Below are positions 19,729-29,559 of a DNA stretch of 64,000 nt, piece after piece. The DNA lies in contig CBDCXR010000004.1 in the NCBI GenBank assembly GCA_965223845.1, forward strand, positions 3,904,001 through 3,968,000. The letters are read 5' to 3'. How positions within the stretch are numbered: the first letter of the stretch is position 1; each line of letters opens with the position of its first letter. Source of the stretch: Planctomycetota bacterium (lineage in GTDB: Bacteria > Planctomycetota > UBA8108 > SXIK01). Under the pieces are notes generated by a model, which saw nothing but the letters and a program-made list of their open reading frames with translations, made no database searches and had not been told where the DNA came from. A program made the position numbers and the translations under genes.

Positions 19729-20769
19729 GTGCACGTCTCGGCGCTCGATATCGGTGGAGCGAACATCAAGTACGCCGGCGGAGATGGGACGACGGAAACG
19801 CGGGCGTTCGCGCTGTGGAAGAAACCCGAAGCGCTCGAGGAAACGCTGCGCTCGATCCTACGAACAAAACCACCGTCCGAGACCCTCGCGATCACGATGA
19901 CGGGCGAGCTCTGCGACTGCTACCCGTCGAAAGCCGAGGGCGTCCGCGCGATCGTCAAGGCCGCCGTCAACGCGATGAAGGTATGGCGACGAACGCCGAC
20001 GATTCGCGTGTGGACGGTCGACGCGACACTCGAAACACCGGATTCGGTACTCGCGTCACCCGAGCTCGCCGCGGCCGCGAATTGGCTCGCGCTCGCCGAG
20101 TTTGCGGCGCAGATCGCGGACTCTCGGCCCGGAATTCTCATCGACGTCGGATCGACCACCACCGACCTCGTTCCCTTCGGAGGTGGCAAGGCAACTCCCC
20201 GCGGGAAAACGGACCCTGAACGCCTACTCGCGCGCGAGCTCGTCTATTCCGGGGTAGAGCGAACTCCTATCGCGATGACGGTCCGAGCTCTCCCCTACCG
20301 CGGCCGCGATTGTCCGGTGGCTCGCGAAGTCTTCGCGACGACGATCGACGCCTACCTCGTTCTCGGTTTGACGCGAGAGCAAGCGGTGTCGTCCTCGACC
20401 GCGGACGGACACGCAGCGACAAAGGCGGCAGCGCGCGTGCGGCTCGCTCGAATGGTTTGCGCCGACGAGACGACGTTCTCTGCCGACGATGCGATGCGAG
20501 CCGCGAACGTGATCTACGGCGCACAACGCGCGGAGATCGCTCGAGCGCTCGAAGTGGTCCAAGCCGGCTCGGCGAAGCCGGCGCAGATCGCGGTGACGGC
20601 GGGAAGCGGCGAGTTTCTCGCCCGAAGGATCGCGGAGGAAGCTGGACTTCGGGTCATCTCGATCGGTGAACGCTACGGCGAACCGGCCGCCGAGGCTGCC
20701 TGCGCGTTCGCGTTGGCGATGCTCGCGGGCGATGCGGTGTCGGAACGCCGACCCGCCCAGCGGTCGTAG
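19729..20769 (+). CDS. H4MPT-linked hydantoinase-A-like protein (Orf9/MfnF-like)
   Basis: LDIGGANIK, ITMTGELCDCY.SKAEGV, AAAANW, IDVGSTTTDLVP, ELVYSGVERTP, TADG, RLARMVCAD. GTG 19729 has a GAGG RBS; the alternative start is 19702. Confidence 0.88.
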   Translation: MHVSALDIGGANIKYAGGDGTTETRAFALWKKPEALEETLRSILRTKPPSETLAITMTGELCDCYPSKAEGVRAIVKAAVNAMKVWRRTPTIRVWTVDATLETPDSVLASPELAAAANWLALAEFAAQIADSRPGILIDVGSTTTDLVPFGGGKATPRGKTDPERLLARELVYSGVERTPIAMTVRALPYRGRDCPVAREVFATTIDAYLVLGLTREQAVSSSTADGHAATKAAARVRLARMVCADETTFSADDAMRAANVIYGAQRAEIARALEVVQAGSAKPAQIAVTAGSGEFLARRIAEEAGLRVISIGERYGEPAAEAACAFALAMLAGDAVSERRPAQRS

Positions 20770-21320
20770 AGCGCGAAGAGACATTCGCGCAGGTCACCGC
20801 CGTGCGCGCGGTAGAGAGCGACGAGCTCGCGCCGGGGGAGGGAATCCGACCCCCCGAGGAGACGCGCGACCAGTGCCTCGAGAAGTTCCACGGAAGTCTC
20901 GGGCTCGATCAGAGTCGGAAGTAGGCCTCGGCGGTGTGTCGTGATGACGAGGCCGGAGTTCGCTCGCGAGCGTCGCGAGATCGTTTGCCAGGCGAATCGC
21001 GAAAGCAGATCCGCCCCGTCGACAACGATGACCGCGTCGCGCGGCGCCGAACGGAGCCACGCTCGACACTCGCGGACGCCGGGGCGAGGCTCGTCCGCGC
21101 AGAGCCGCATCGCGTGCGTCGCGAAGCCGCGGCGTTCGAGCTCACCGGTGATGCGGCGGAGGAGCGTCGACTTTCCGCTTCCGTGAGGGCCTGCGATCTC
21201 CGCGCGAAGTCCGAACCGGTCGAGCCGCGCGAGAATCTCCGGCCACGAATCCCCCACCGGCGTCAGAAACTCGATCGCCCCCACCTCTGAGATGCGAAAG
21301 GGATTGTCGCGAGCCCTCAC
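20673..21320 (-). CDS. Small P-loop NTPase (AAA-like)
   Basis: MRARDNPF start; Walker A GPHGSGKST; Walker B IVVDGAD; C-terminal GGDLRECLFALYD. The GTG start overlaps the upstream stop. Its 3' end overlaps the convergent gene by about 97 nt. Confidence 0.75.
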   Translation of the reverse strand: MRARDNPFRISEVGAIEFLTPVGDSWPEILARLDRFGLRAEIAGPHGSGKSTLLRRITGELERRGFATHAMRLCADEPRPGVRECRAWLRSAPRDAVIVVDGADLLSRFAWQTISRRSRANSGLVITTHRRGLLPTLIEPETSVELLEALVARLLGGSDSLPRRELVALYRAHGGDLRECLFALYDRWAGRRSDTASPASIANANAQAASAAGSP

Positions 21321-21700
21321 GTCGAATCCGACACCGCAACGGACGGCAGCTCGACCTCCCCGTTCGGCCCGAGAACGAATCTCTCGATCGCCGCGTCCTC
21401 CGCCGGGAGCACGATGAGCTCGATCGCCCACACGATTGAAATCAGCCGGCCGGAGTAGCTGTAGGGGCAAGGCGGGAGCTCGAACTCGAACTCGCAGCTA
21501 CCGACCCGTTCGGTGGTCTCGAAGCGTTTCGCCTCGACGAGTCCGACGTCGCGATTCCCGCGTCCTTCGGTGAACCAAAAGAGTCGCACCTCGACGCCGC
21601 GAGGCTCCGCATCGAGCGACCAGCTCGCCTCGCCGCCGAGGACCTCGCCCGGACGCCAAAAGTCGCGCGACTCGCGCAGCGAAATATCGAGAGTCCTCAC
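21317..21700 (-). CDS. Small arrestin-N/SpoOM-like beta-sandwich protein
   Basis: C-terminal 127 aa of ORF 21317..22513: WRPGEVLGG..W, VRLFWFTEGRG, FELPPCPYSYSGRLISIVWAIEL. GTG 21700 overlaps the upstream TGA. Confidence 0.72.
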   Translation of the reverse strand: MRTLDISLRESRDFWRPGEVLGGEASWSLDAEPRGVEVRLFWFTEGRGNRDVGLVEAKRFETTERVGSCEFEFELPPCPYSYSGRLISIVWAIELIVLPAEDAAIERFVLGPNGEVELPSVAVSDST

Positions 21701-22935
21701 AGCATCTCCTCGGAAGACAGGCCGTCGGTCACCGCACCCGGCGCCGCTTTCGACGCAGGAAGCCCCGGCGGAAGCACGACGAACTCGAACTTCTCGTCGA
21801 TGTCCGGCCAGCGACGGATTTCCGCGGTGAGATGCAGCCGCCAGCGAATCTTGTTCGACCGCGCGCTGAAACTGTGCATCGCGTCGGCGGGGATTTCGAT
21901 CGAGTCGGCACCGATCGGAATCACGTTCGGATCCGTCGAATCGACGATGTCGATCACCGAGAACAGATCTCGGTCTCGCGCCGTGTTCGTGCCTTGACGG
22001 TACGTCGCCTCCTCCTCGCCTTCGATCCGAATCCACAACCGGGCGATGCGCTCGGTCCGCCCGCGGAACTCCCAGCCGACATCGAGCCGATCGCCCGGCT
22101 CGACGGCTCCGCTGTTCACCATGATCGTCACCCTCGGATTGAAGAACCCGAGCAGCTCGTGAAGGAAAAAAACGATCAGAACGAGACCGACCAATCCAAA
22201 CGGCACCATGAAGAGGCGGACGAACCAGCCCCCTTCGCTGATGACGACAAACGCGACGAATGTATTGAGACCTCCGGCGACGAGGAAGAGGACGAAGAGC
22301 CGCTGAAGCGGTCGACTCGTCGGAGTGAGCGTGATCGACTCGCCGGGCTTCGAATAGGCCGGAAGTCCGAGCGAGGCGAGGTCTCGCCGGCCTTCGCCCT
22401 CGAGCTCGGCGACGCGCTCGAGGCGATGGGTCCGCCGGCGGTGCGCCCGCACGGCGAACACCATCCCGCCGATGCCGATGACGACGAAGACGAGCGGGAT
22501 GAGGGCGAACCACGCGTCCGGGCTGAGCTCACGCCGAATCACAGCCTCGGCCGGGGACGCCGGATTGACGTAGCAAACCGTCTTCGATCCGACCGGAAGC
22601 GAACGCACGACCTCTTCGCGCCAATCGCGAAGCGAGCTCGACCCCTGCTCGAACGAATAGCGCGTCGACTGGTAGGTCGTCCCGTCGTAGGTGTACTCGT
22701 ATTCGAGCTCGATCGAGTAGGACGTCCCTTCCCCGTCGTGGCTCGTCGCGAGGCCGCTGCGCAGGATCTCACACGACCGCTCGACCCACGATTGCGCCGC
22801 TCGACCCTGGAAGTACGGCACCCCGAAGAGAATGGCGCCCACACCGCCACCCGCGAGCGCGAAAACGAGGAAAAAAACGAGCAGGCATCCGACTCCGCCG
22901 GGCCCGAACGATCGCCTGGAGATGGGTTTGGGCAT
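21697..22935 (-). CDS. DUF3592 domain membrane protein with C-terminal beta-sandwich
   Basis: TM helix then W..C.IL.S..YEYTYDG..Y.S.RY..GSKTVCYVNPASPAEAVI (DUF3592); three further TM segments; C-terminal soluble domain. Confidence 0.82.
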   Translation of the reverse strand: MPKPISRRSFGPGGVGCLLVFFLVFALAGGGVGAILFGVPYFQGRAAQSWVERSCEILRSGLATSHDGEGTSYSIELEYEYTYDGTTYQSTRYSFEQGSSSLRDWREEVVRSLPVGSKTVCYVNPASPAEAVIRRELSPDAWFALIPLVFVVIGIGGMVFAVRAHRRRTHRLERVAELEGEGRRDLASLGLPAYSKPGESITLTPTSRPLQRLFVLFLVAGGLNTFVAFVVISEGGWFVRLFMVPFGLVGLVLIVFFLHELLGFFNPRVTIMVNSGAVEPGDRLDVGWEFRGRTERIARLWIRIEGEEEATYRQGTNTARDRDLFSVIDIVDSTDPNVIPIGADSIEIPADAMHSFSARSNKIRWRLHLTAEIRRWPDIDEKFEFVVLPPGLPASKAAPGAVTDGLSSEEML

Positions 22936-23160
22936 GGGTGGAGGAGTTCGAGCCTCGACGGCGAGTGGAACGGTCGCGAACAGCGGATCGAGGGGCTATC
23001 CAACCCAAAAGTACGGTGGATGGAAACCCGAAACTGCGGACCGGTCACCGCGGCTACGGGCCGCACCGACGCGCCGTCGACCGACAGAATCGCTGCCGCG
23101 AGGGACGGCGGTTTCGATAGAATCGCGCCTCTCCCCACTCGTACAAACTGAACCTCTCCG

Positions 23161-23796
23161 TTGAATCCGACGCCCTCTACCGTCCGTGTGGCCTCCGTCA
23201 TCAAGTGCGGCGGCAGCCTCTTCGATCTCGCCGATCTACCGGATCGACTCGAAACGGTGCTCGGAGATTCACCGAGTCGATCGCTCCTCATCTGCGGCGG
23301 CGGCCCGACGGCGAATCTCGTGCGCACGTGGGATCGATCGTTCACGATCGGCGAGGAGCCTTCCCACTGGCTCGCGCTCCGCGCTCTCTCCTTCAATTCG
23401 CACGCGCTGGGCGAAGCCGTCGATCGCCTCGAGTACGCGGGTCGACCGGACGAGTTCGAAGCGATCTGGACGCGCGGCGCGATTCCGGTCTACGATTCGC
23501 ACCGCTTCATCGCCGAAATCGACGAAACAAGCCGTACACCGCTTCCGCGGCGATGGCGCGTCACGAGTGATTCGATCGCGGCGCGCATCGCCGAGCTCTT
23601 CTCGGCACGCGAGCTCATCCTCCTCAAGTCGACGGGCATCCCGCCGGGCACGTCATCGGCCGAAGCCGCCGAACGCGGACTCGTCGACGAGCACTTCCCG
23701 CTCGCTGCTCACTCGCTGACGCGGGTCCTCTGGACCGACCTCCGCTCCGATCCGGGAACGCGCGTAGAGCTAGACTGCGGGAGAGATACGCACTAG
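23161..23796 (+). CDS. Amino-acid kinase family protein (Orf21/MfnE-like)
   Basis: VIKCGGSL, ICGGGPTANLVRTWD, SHWLALRAL, W.VTSDSIAARIA, LILLKS, GLVDEHF. TTG start uncertain. Confidence 0.85.
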   Translation: MNPTPSTVRVASVIKCGGSLFDLADLPDRLETVLGDSPSRSLLICGGGPTANLVRTWDRSFTIGEEPSHWLALRALSFNSHALGEAVDRLEYAGRPDEFEAIWTRGAIPVYDSHRFIAEIDETSRTPLPRRWRVTSDSIAARIAELFSARELILLKSTGIPPGTSSAEAAERGLVDEHFPLAAHSLTRVLWTDLRSDPGTRVELDCGRDTH

Positions 23797-23870
23797 GCGC
23801 GCGATCCAAAAACACGTTCGAGGACTCAAACCGGCGAGTCCGCGGTCAGACCACCACCCGCGAAAGAAGC

Positions 23871-26800
23871 TCAGTGCTCCGCCTTCGGTTTCGCCGCCCC
23901 GAGCGATCGAATTGCCGCGATGAGATCGGCCATGTCCTGAAGCGCGATGTCTTTTTCGAGACCGTCCGGCATCAGCGACAGGCCCGAGCTCGTCAGACTC
24001 TCCAGGCTCGAGCGGAGGACCGTCTCCTCGATTCCCTCGGCACGCCGCAGCGTCACGCTCGCTGCCGTTTCGCGAACGATGACTCCGCTCAGGGTGTCTC
24101 CCGCATCCGTCACCGCAACGTAGCTCGCGTACGGCGCCGCGACTTCGCGGTTCGGGTCGAGGATGTGAAGGATCAGCTCGTCGGGAGTGCGATGCGCCGC
24201 CGTCTCGAGATCGGGGCCGACGCTCTTTCCCTCACCCCCGAGACGGTGACAAGTCGCGCACACGCGACGGAAGACTTGAGATCCCGCTTCCTTCCGCCCT
24301 TCCCGCGCGAGAGCGGCGCGGTAACGAGCGACAACGGCCGCCCGATCGCCGGTGGTGCTCGCAGGTAGAATCCGCGCCGCGCGCTCGCGAAGTGAGGGTT
24401 CAGAATGCTCGAGAAGCTGCTTTCGACGCGCAGGATCTAGATCGCTCGGCGCGATGTCTCCGCGCTCGACCGCGTCGAGGAACGCCGACGCCCGCGCCGA
24501 ATTCGCGAGCAAGATCTCCGCCGCCTCGCGGCGCACCTCGGGACTGAGTCGAGTCCAGCTCTCACAGAGGATCTCGGCGACGCGAGAGTCGCTCCCGTAG
24601 CCGCGGAGCGAGGTCAGCGCGCGGAGCTGAATCTCGCGCGGCTCGCGCGCTTCGAGAAGCCCCGCGAGGATCTCCATCGAACGCGATGGCGGCGAGACGC
24701 CGAGGAGCTCGATCGAGCGCGCGCGCGCCCGCGGCGAACGGTCGCGATCACGCGCGGTGTTCGCCGCATTCGCGAACACCTTCTCGAGGCGGAACTTGTG
24801 CGCGCTCAGAGGCGACGCCTCGCGGGTCCACTCGCCATCGAATGAACCGGCTCGACGCCGGAGCCCGGATTGGAGTCCGAGGAGAACCGCCTGAGCGAGC
24901 TCGATTCGATCGTTCGTCTGCGCGGCAAGGACGAGGTCGAGCGCGCGCGGGACGACGGCCGCGTCGCGCCGCGCGCCGCTGAGGCGCGCGAGCTCTTCGG
25001 CGAATTCCGCCGCGCCGTCGAAGTCCGGCCCCGAGACGATGCGTTCGAGGAGGAGCGTCGCGACGTCGACTCGTGCGGCCGACGCGATGGCGCTCCGGAG
25101 CCACTCGTCGCGCGCGCCGCTGCCGCGAAAGAGCGCGGCGAGTCGATCGGCGACGCCCTCCGCGCCGAGAGCGGGAGCGGCCTCCCCGAGGCTGAGCGCG
25201 AGCTGCAGCCGAACGCGCGGGTCTTCTTCGGTCGCAAGCGCCGCCGCCGCGGGAAACGACCGCGCGTTCTCGGCGAGACGAATCGCGCTCGCACGGACCA
25301 TCGCCGAAGAATCGCCGAGTGCGAGTCGCAGCGTCGCCTCATCCAGTTCGCCGGAGTGTTCGAGAAGCCAAAGCGCGGCTCGACGAGAGAACGGGGACTT
25401 CGCCCGGATCGCATCGCGCAATCGCGCGACCCACCCGCCGCGCGCGTTCGGGGCGTCGGCGGCGAGTCGCTCCGCGATCCACTTCTGCGCCGTCGTTCGC
25501 CACCAGCCGTCGGCGTGACCGAGGAGCTCGACGGCGTCGGCGTCGCGAGGCCACTCTGCCGCGCGCTTCCGCGCATCGATTCCCGAATTGAGATCGGCAC
25601 TTTCGGCGACGATCCGGTAGATCCGTCCGCGGTCGTCGCCGCTCTTCAGATTGAGGAACTGCTTGATCGACTCCGGGATCGACGCGGGGTGTTCGATCGT
25701 CTCGCGATACATGTCGGCGATGTAGAGAGCACCGTCGGGCCCGTCCGCAAATCCGGTCGGCCGAAACCAATTGTCCGACGACGTCAGAAACTCGCGTCGC
25801 TTCTCGCTCGGAAAGCGTTCCGCCCGGTAGGTCACGCCGCGGGGAACGAGTCGCTTGCGATGGACGAGGTTCCCGCCGACGTCGCCGATGAAGACCGTCC
25901 CGCCGTTTTCGTCGCCCGCCCTGCATTCGGTCCCGAGCGCGGTGCCGCGGTAAACGTGGACACCCGTAGCCGAGGTGAAGAATCCGATCGGGACGAGCTC
26001 GGTCTTGGGCAGACGGCGGCGAAAGTGATCCGAAGACGCCCGCCAACGCGTCCGCACGATCCGCCACGGCTCGGCAGCGCTCCGTCGAAAGACCGGTGCG
26101 GCGTTTCCCTCGACCGCGATGTCGGCGACGACTCTCGCTCCCGAGAGATCGGGATTGCGATCGACGTAGGGACCGTCGAGGACCACGTGACGGATGTGAT
26201 TCGAGTTGCTGCAGACGAACCGCTCACCCAACTCGTTGAGCGTAAGGCCGTGCTGGCCTCCGCGGGGAAGTAGCTCGAGCGCCCACGGGACGCGAGAGGG
26301 GGAGAAGCGCGCGTCGTGTCCGGACAGCGCGATCGTCCCTGACACCGCGCCTTCTCGACCTTCGACGCGCCCGCCGTTCGGACCTCCGGCGAAGTAGATC
26401 CTCCCGTCGGGCGCGTAGACGAGGCTGTTGAGGAGTCCCTGGACGTTCTGAGTTCCGAAGCCCGTCCAGACCACGCGCCGCTCGTCGGCGACACCGTCGC
26501 CGTCCGAGTCGCGAAGGAAGAGGAGATCGGGCGCCGCCGTCACGAAGACGCCGCCGCGCCAACAGAGGAGGCCCGTCGGCCACTGAATGCCCGTCGCGAA
26601 AATGCGACTTCGATCGACCGCGCCGTCGGCGTCGAGATCCTCGAGTAGCCGGATCGATCCCTTCTGGGCGCGCGCGTCCTGCTCGCTCGACTGACCCCGC
26701 CCCGGAAGGAACGGATAGTCTCGCATCTCCGCGACGAACAGCCGGCCGCGCGCGTCGAAGGCGAGCGCGACGGGATCGACGACGTCGGGCTCGGCGGCGA

Positions 26801-26990
26801 CGAGCTCGACGCGGTAGCCCTCGGAGAGCGAGAACGACGCGAGTGCCGCCTCCGGCTCGAGCGGCGCGATCCGCGGGAGTTCCCGGCGCAGCTCGGCGGG
26901 GTCGACGTCGGGGTACTGCGCGCCGACTCGCGGCGGCGCGATCGTCCCGTGCAACGAAACGAGAACGAACAGAGCGTACGAAGGGCGCAT
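23871..26990 (-). CDS. PVC-type heme-binding CxxCH membrane dehydrogenase-like protein
   Basis: Signal peptide; VELVAAEPDVVDPVA..FD.RGRLFVAEM.DYP beta-propeller; WFRP..GPDGALYIADMYR; HEAT repeats; C-terminal CATCH, GPDL, SLMPDGLE. Confidence 0.92.
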   Translation of the reverse strand: MRPSYALFVLVSLHGTIAPPRVGAQYPDVDPAELRRELPRIAPLEPEAALASFSLSEGYRVELVAAEPDVVDPVALAFDARGRLFVAEMRDYPFLPGRGQSSEQDARAQKGSIRLLEDLDADGAVDRSRIFATGIQWPTGLLCWRGGVFVTAAPDLLFLRDSDGDGVADERRVVWTGFGTQNVQGLLNSLVYAPDGRIYFAGGPNGGRVEGREGAVSGTIALSGHDARFSPSRVPWALELLPRGGQHGLTLNELGERFVCSNSNHIRHVVLDGPYVDRNPDLSGARVVADIAVEGNAAPVFRRSAAEPWRIVRTRWRASSDHFRRRLPKTELVPIGFFTSATGVHVYRGTALGTECRAGDENGGTVFIGDVGGNLVHRKRLVPRGVTYRAERFPSEKRREFLTSSDNWFRPTGFADGPDGALYIADMYRETIEHPASIPESIKQFLNLKSGDDRGRIYRIVAESADLNSGIDARKRAAEWPRDADAVELLGHADGWWRTTAQKWIAERLAADAPNARGGWVARLRDAIRAKSPFSRRAALWLLEHSGELDEATLRLALGDSSAMVRASAIRLAENARSFPAAAALATEEDPRVRLQLALSLGEAAPALGAEGVADRLAALFRGSGARDEWLRSAIASAARVDVATLLLERIVSGPDFDGAAEFAEELARLSGARRDAAVVPRALDLVLAAQTNDRIELAQAVLLGLQSGLRRRAGSFDGEWTREASPLSAHKFRLEKVFANAANTARDRDRSPRARARSIELLGVSPPSRSMEILAGLLEAREPREIQLRALTSLRGYGSDSRVAEILCESWTRLSPEVRREAAEILLANSARASAFLDAVERGDIAPSDLDPARRKQLLEHSEPSLRERAARILPASTTGDRAAVVARYRAALAREGRKEAGSQVFRRVCATCHRLGGEGKSVGPDLETAAHRTPDELILHILDPNREVAAPYASYVAVTDAGDTLSGVIVRETAASVTLRRAEGIEETVLRSSLESLTSSGLSLMPDGLEKDIALQDMADLIAAIRSLGAAKPKAEH

Positions 26991-27223
26991 CGGAGGGATT
27001 CATCCGCGGGAACGTAAAGACGATGGCGTCAGCGAGCCGGTCCATCTCGAGCGGACACCGACGCAGCGCACGCGCGTGAGTCATTCTCGCTGAGGAGTTC
27101 CGGCGGAGAAAGCTCCGGGGCGCAAGGAAAAGGAGATGCAGCCGGCCCCTCGAGCGTGATTCAATGGCCGGACTGTTCTCCGCAATGCCCGCGTCCGCAG
27201 GCACCTTCGCACGGTGTCGATCG

Positions 27224-27913
27224 ATGCTCCTCCTCATCGACAACTACGACAGTTTTGTCTACAACCTCGCCCGCTACGCCGAGGAGCTCGGCGTGCCGAC
27301 GCGGGTCGACCGAAACGACGCGATCACGACCGCGGAGATCCGCACGCTCTCTCCGCGCGCGATCGTCCTCTCTCCGGGTCCCGGCCAGCCCGTCGATGCC
27401 GGCGTTTCGATCGACATCGTTCGCGAGCTCGGACCGGCGATTCCGATTCTCGGCGTTTGTCTCGGGCACCAAGCGATCGCGGAGGCGTACGGCGGAAAGG
27501 TGATCCGCGGCGAGCCGATGCACGGCCGCGCGAGTCGCGTGCTCCACGATGGTCGGGGCGTATTCCGCGGCGTCCCGAGCCCCTTTCTCGCGGCGCGCTA
27601 TCATTCGCTCGTCGTCGATGGCCCGTCGCTCCCGAGCGAGCTCGAAGTCTCGGCTCGCCTCGCGGACGGTACGGTGATGGGAATCCGTCACCGCGAGCAT
27701 CCGGTGGTCGGCATGCAATTCCACCCCGAGAGCGTCCTCACCGAGCACGGCTACCGGGTTCTCGGCAATTTCCTCCACCAATTCGCCCGCCCCGGCGACA
27801 CGCTCGCGCGAGCTCGAGCCCTCTCTGCGGGACCCGAAGCCGTCCGAACGGTCTGGCCTCCCGTCGAGGAAGAAGGCGTTCATCCGCTCAACGCCCTCGC
27901 GAGGCAGTCGTGA
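27224..27913 (+). CDS. pabA: Aminodeoxychorismate/anthranilate synthase component II (glutamine amidotransferase)
   Basis: MLLLIDNYDSFVYNL, LSPGPG, ILGVCLGHQ, RYHSL, QFHPES. Start at ATG 27224. Confidence 0.92.
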   Translation: MLLLIDNYDSFVYNLARYAEELGVPTRVDRNDAITTAEIRTLSPRAIVLSPGPGQPVDAGVSIDIVRELGPAIPILGVCLGHQAIAEAYGGKVIRGEPMHGRASRVLHDGRGVFRGVPSPFLAARYHSLVVDGPSLPSELEVSARLADGTVMGIRHREHPVVGMQFHPESVLTEHGYRVLGNFLHQFARPGDTLARARALSAGPEAVRTVWPPVEEEGVHPLNALARQS

Positions 27914-29460
27914 TTCTAGAGGGACTCGTGACGACGCGCGACCCGTCCGGGCGCGTCCACACGTCGCCCCTCGGTCCGATCGTCCGCGGAGACGTCCGAT
28001 CGCCGCACGAGCTGATCCTCCGCCCGTACCGCGGCGGTCGGACCTTCGAGCATCTTCGCCGGCGGCGCGCCGGCGTGTTCCACGTCGTCGACGACGCGGA
28101 GCTCCTCGCCCGGGCGGCCGTCGGCGCGGTCGATCCTCCCGTTCGGCCGGCGGTCGACGTCGACGGCTACGTTCTCGAGGATGCGTGTCGGGCCTTCGAG
28201 TTTCGGGTGATCGCGATCGACGAGAGCGACGAGCGAACGGTCATGCGCGCCGAGGTCGTCCGCACCGTCGACCTGCGCCCGTTCTGTGGTTGGAATCGAG
28301 CGCGTCACGCCGTCATCGAAGCGGCGATCCTCGCGACGCGCGCGCATCTCCTTCCGCGCGACGAGATCGACGCGCGGTTCGCGAGCCTCGACGTTCTGGT
28401 TGAAAAAACGGGCGAAGCAGCCGAGCGGCGAGCGATGGCGATCCTTCGCGAGCACGTCGCAGCGATCGACTCGCGCAGCGAAGAATCGCCGAGGGACGCA
28501 GTGCGAGTCGCGGCCGGTGCACGCCTCCACTTCGGGCTCATCGCTCCCGCGCCGCCGACCGGCGATCGAGCGCGCGCCTACGGCGGCGCGGGGCTGATGC
28601 TCACCGAGCTCGGCGTCGAGGTCACGGCGCGAACGAGCGACGAGTGGCGCGCCGAGGGCGCGCTCGCCGAACGGGCTCTCGCGTGCGCGCGGCGCTACTC
28701 GCGCGGAAGTACTCCGCTCGATTTGACCGTACACTGCGCCTACGAAGGTCACGTCGGACTCGGGACGGGGACTCAGCTCAGTCTCGCCGTCGCTCGCGCC
28801 GTCGACCTCCTCGCGGGCCGGTCGTGGAACGCGCTCGACGCCGCGCGGCGACTCGGTCGCGGTGCGCGATCAGCGGTCGGAATCCACGGCTTCGATCGCG
28901 GCGGGTTCATCCTCGACGGAGGAAAGCGGGGCGACGAGGACATCGGGTCGCTGATCGGCCACTACGCGGTTCCCGAGAGCTGGCGGATCCTCGTCGCGAT
29001 TCCGCGCGGAAGTGCGGGTGTCTCCGGCGTCGCCGAAGAAGCGGCGTTTCGCCAGCTCGCCCCGCCCGCGCGCGCGGCAGAAGAGCTGTCGCGCCTCCTT
29101 CTCCTCGGAGTCGTTCCGGGACTCGTCGACGCCGACGCGCAGGCGTTTGGCGAGGCGCTTTACGCGTACGGAAAACGCGCCGGGGAACTCTTTTCTCCGG
29201 TCCAAGGCAGTGCGTTTGCGAGCGAAGAAGTCGCGGCGATCGTCGAGTTCCTGCGCGCGCGCGGCATCTGCGGCGCGGGACAGAGCTCCTGGGGCCCGGC
29301 CGCGTTCGGGATCACCGACGACCCCGGGCGCGCCGAAGCCGTCGCTCGCGAGCTCCAGGATCGACTGCCACTGCGCCCCGAAGACGTCACCGTGGCCGGC
29401 GCCGCGAACCGCGGCGCACGAGCGGAGTGGCTCCGCCCATCGCTCCACACGCTGGCGTAA
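27910..29460 (+). CDS. mptG: Fusion: DUF447 (Orf19-like) plus beta-RFAP synthase (GHMP kinase fold)
   Basis: N-part MILEGLVTT..H.SPLGP, T.EHL, NRARHAVIEAAILATR. C-part ARLHFGLI, HVGLGTGTQLSL, GRGARSAVGIHGFDRGGFILDGG, GQSSWGP. One frame from GTG 27910 with no stop between the domains. Confidence 0.88.
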   Translation: MILEGLVTTRDPSGRVHTSPLGPIVRGDVRSPHELILRPYRGGRTFEHLRRRRAGVFHVVDDAELLARAAVGAVDPPVRPAVDVDGYVLEDACRAFEFRVIAIDESDERTVMRAEVVRTVDLRPFCGWNRARHAVIEAAILATRAHLLPRDEIDARFASLDVLVEKTGEAAERRAMAILREHVAAIDSRSEESPRDAVRVAAGARLHFGLIAPAPPTGDRARAYGGAGLMLTELGVEVTARTSDEWRAEGALAERALACARRYSRGSTPLDLTVHCAYEGHVGLGTGTQLSLAVARAVDLLAGRSWNALDAARRLGRGARSAVGIHGFDRGGFILDGGKRGDEDIGSLIGHYAVPESWRILVAIPRGSAGVSGVAEEAAFRQLAPPARAAEELSRLLLLGVVPGLVDADAQAFGEALYAYGKRAGELFSPVQGSAFASEEVAAIVEFLRARGICGAGQSSWGPAAFGITDDPGRAEAVARELQDRLPLRPEDVTVAGAANRGARAEWLRPSLHTLA

Positions 29461-29559
29461 CTCGCCCTCCTCGTAGGGTAGAATCAGCGCCTCTCGGGCG
29501 CGTCCTCCCGCAGGTGGAGGGGCCCATTTGATACGAGACAGAGCGAAAGTGCGCGATCG

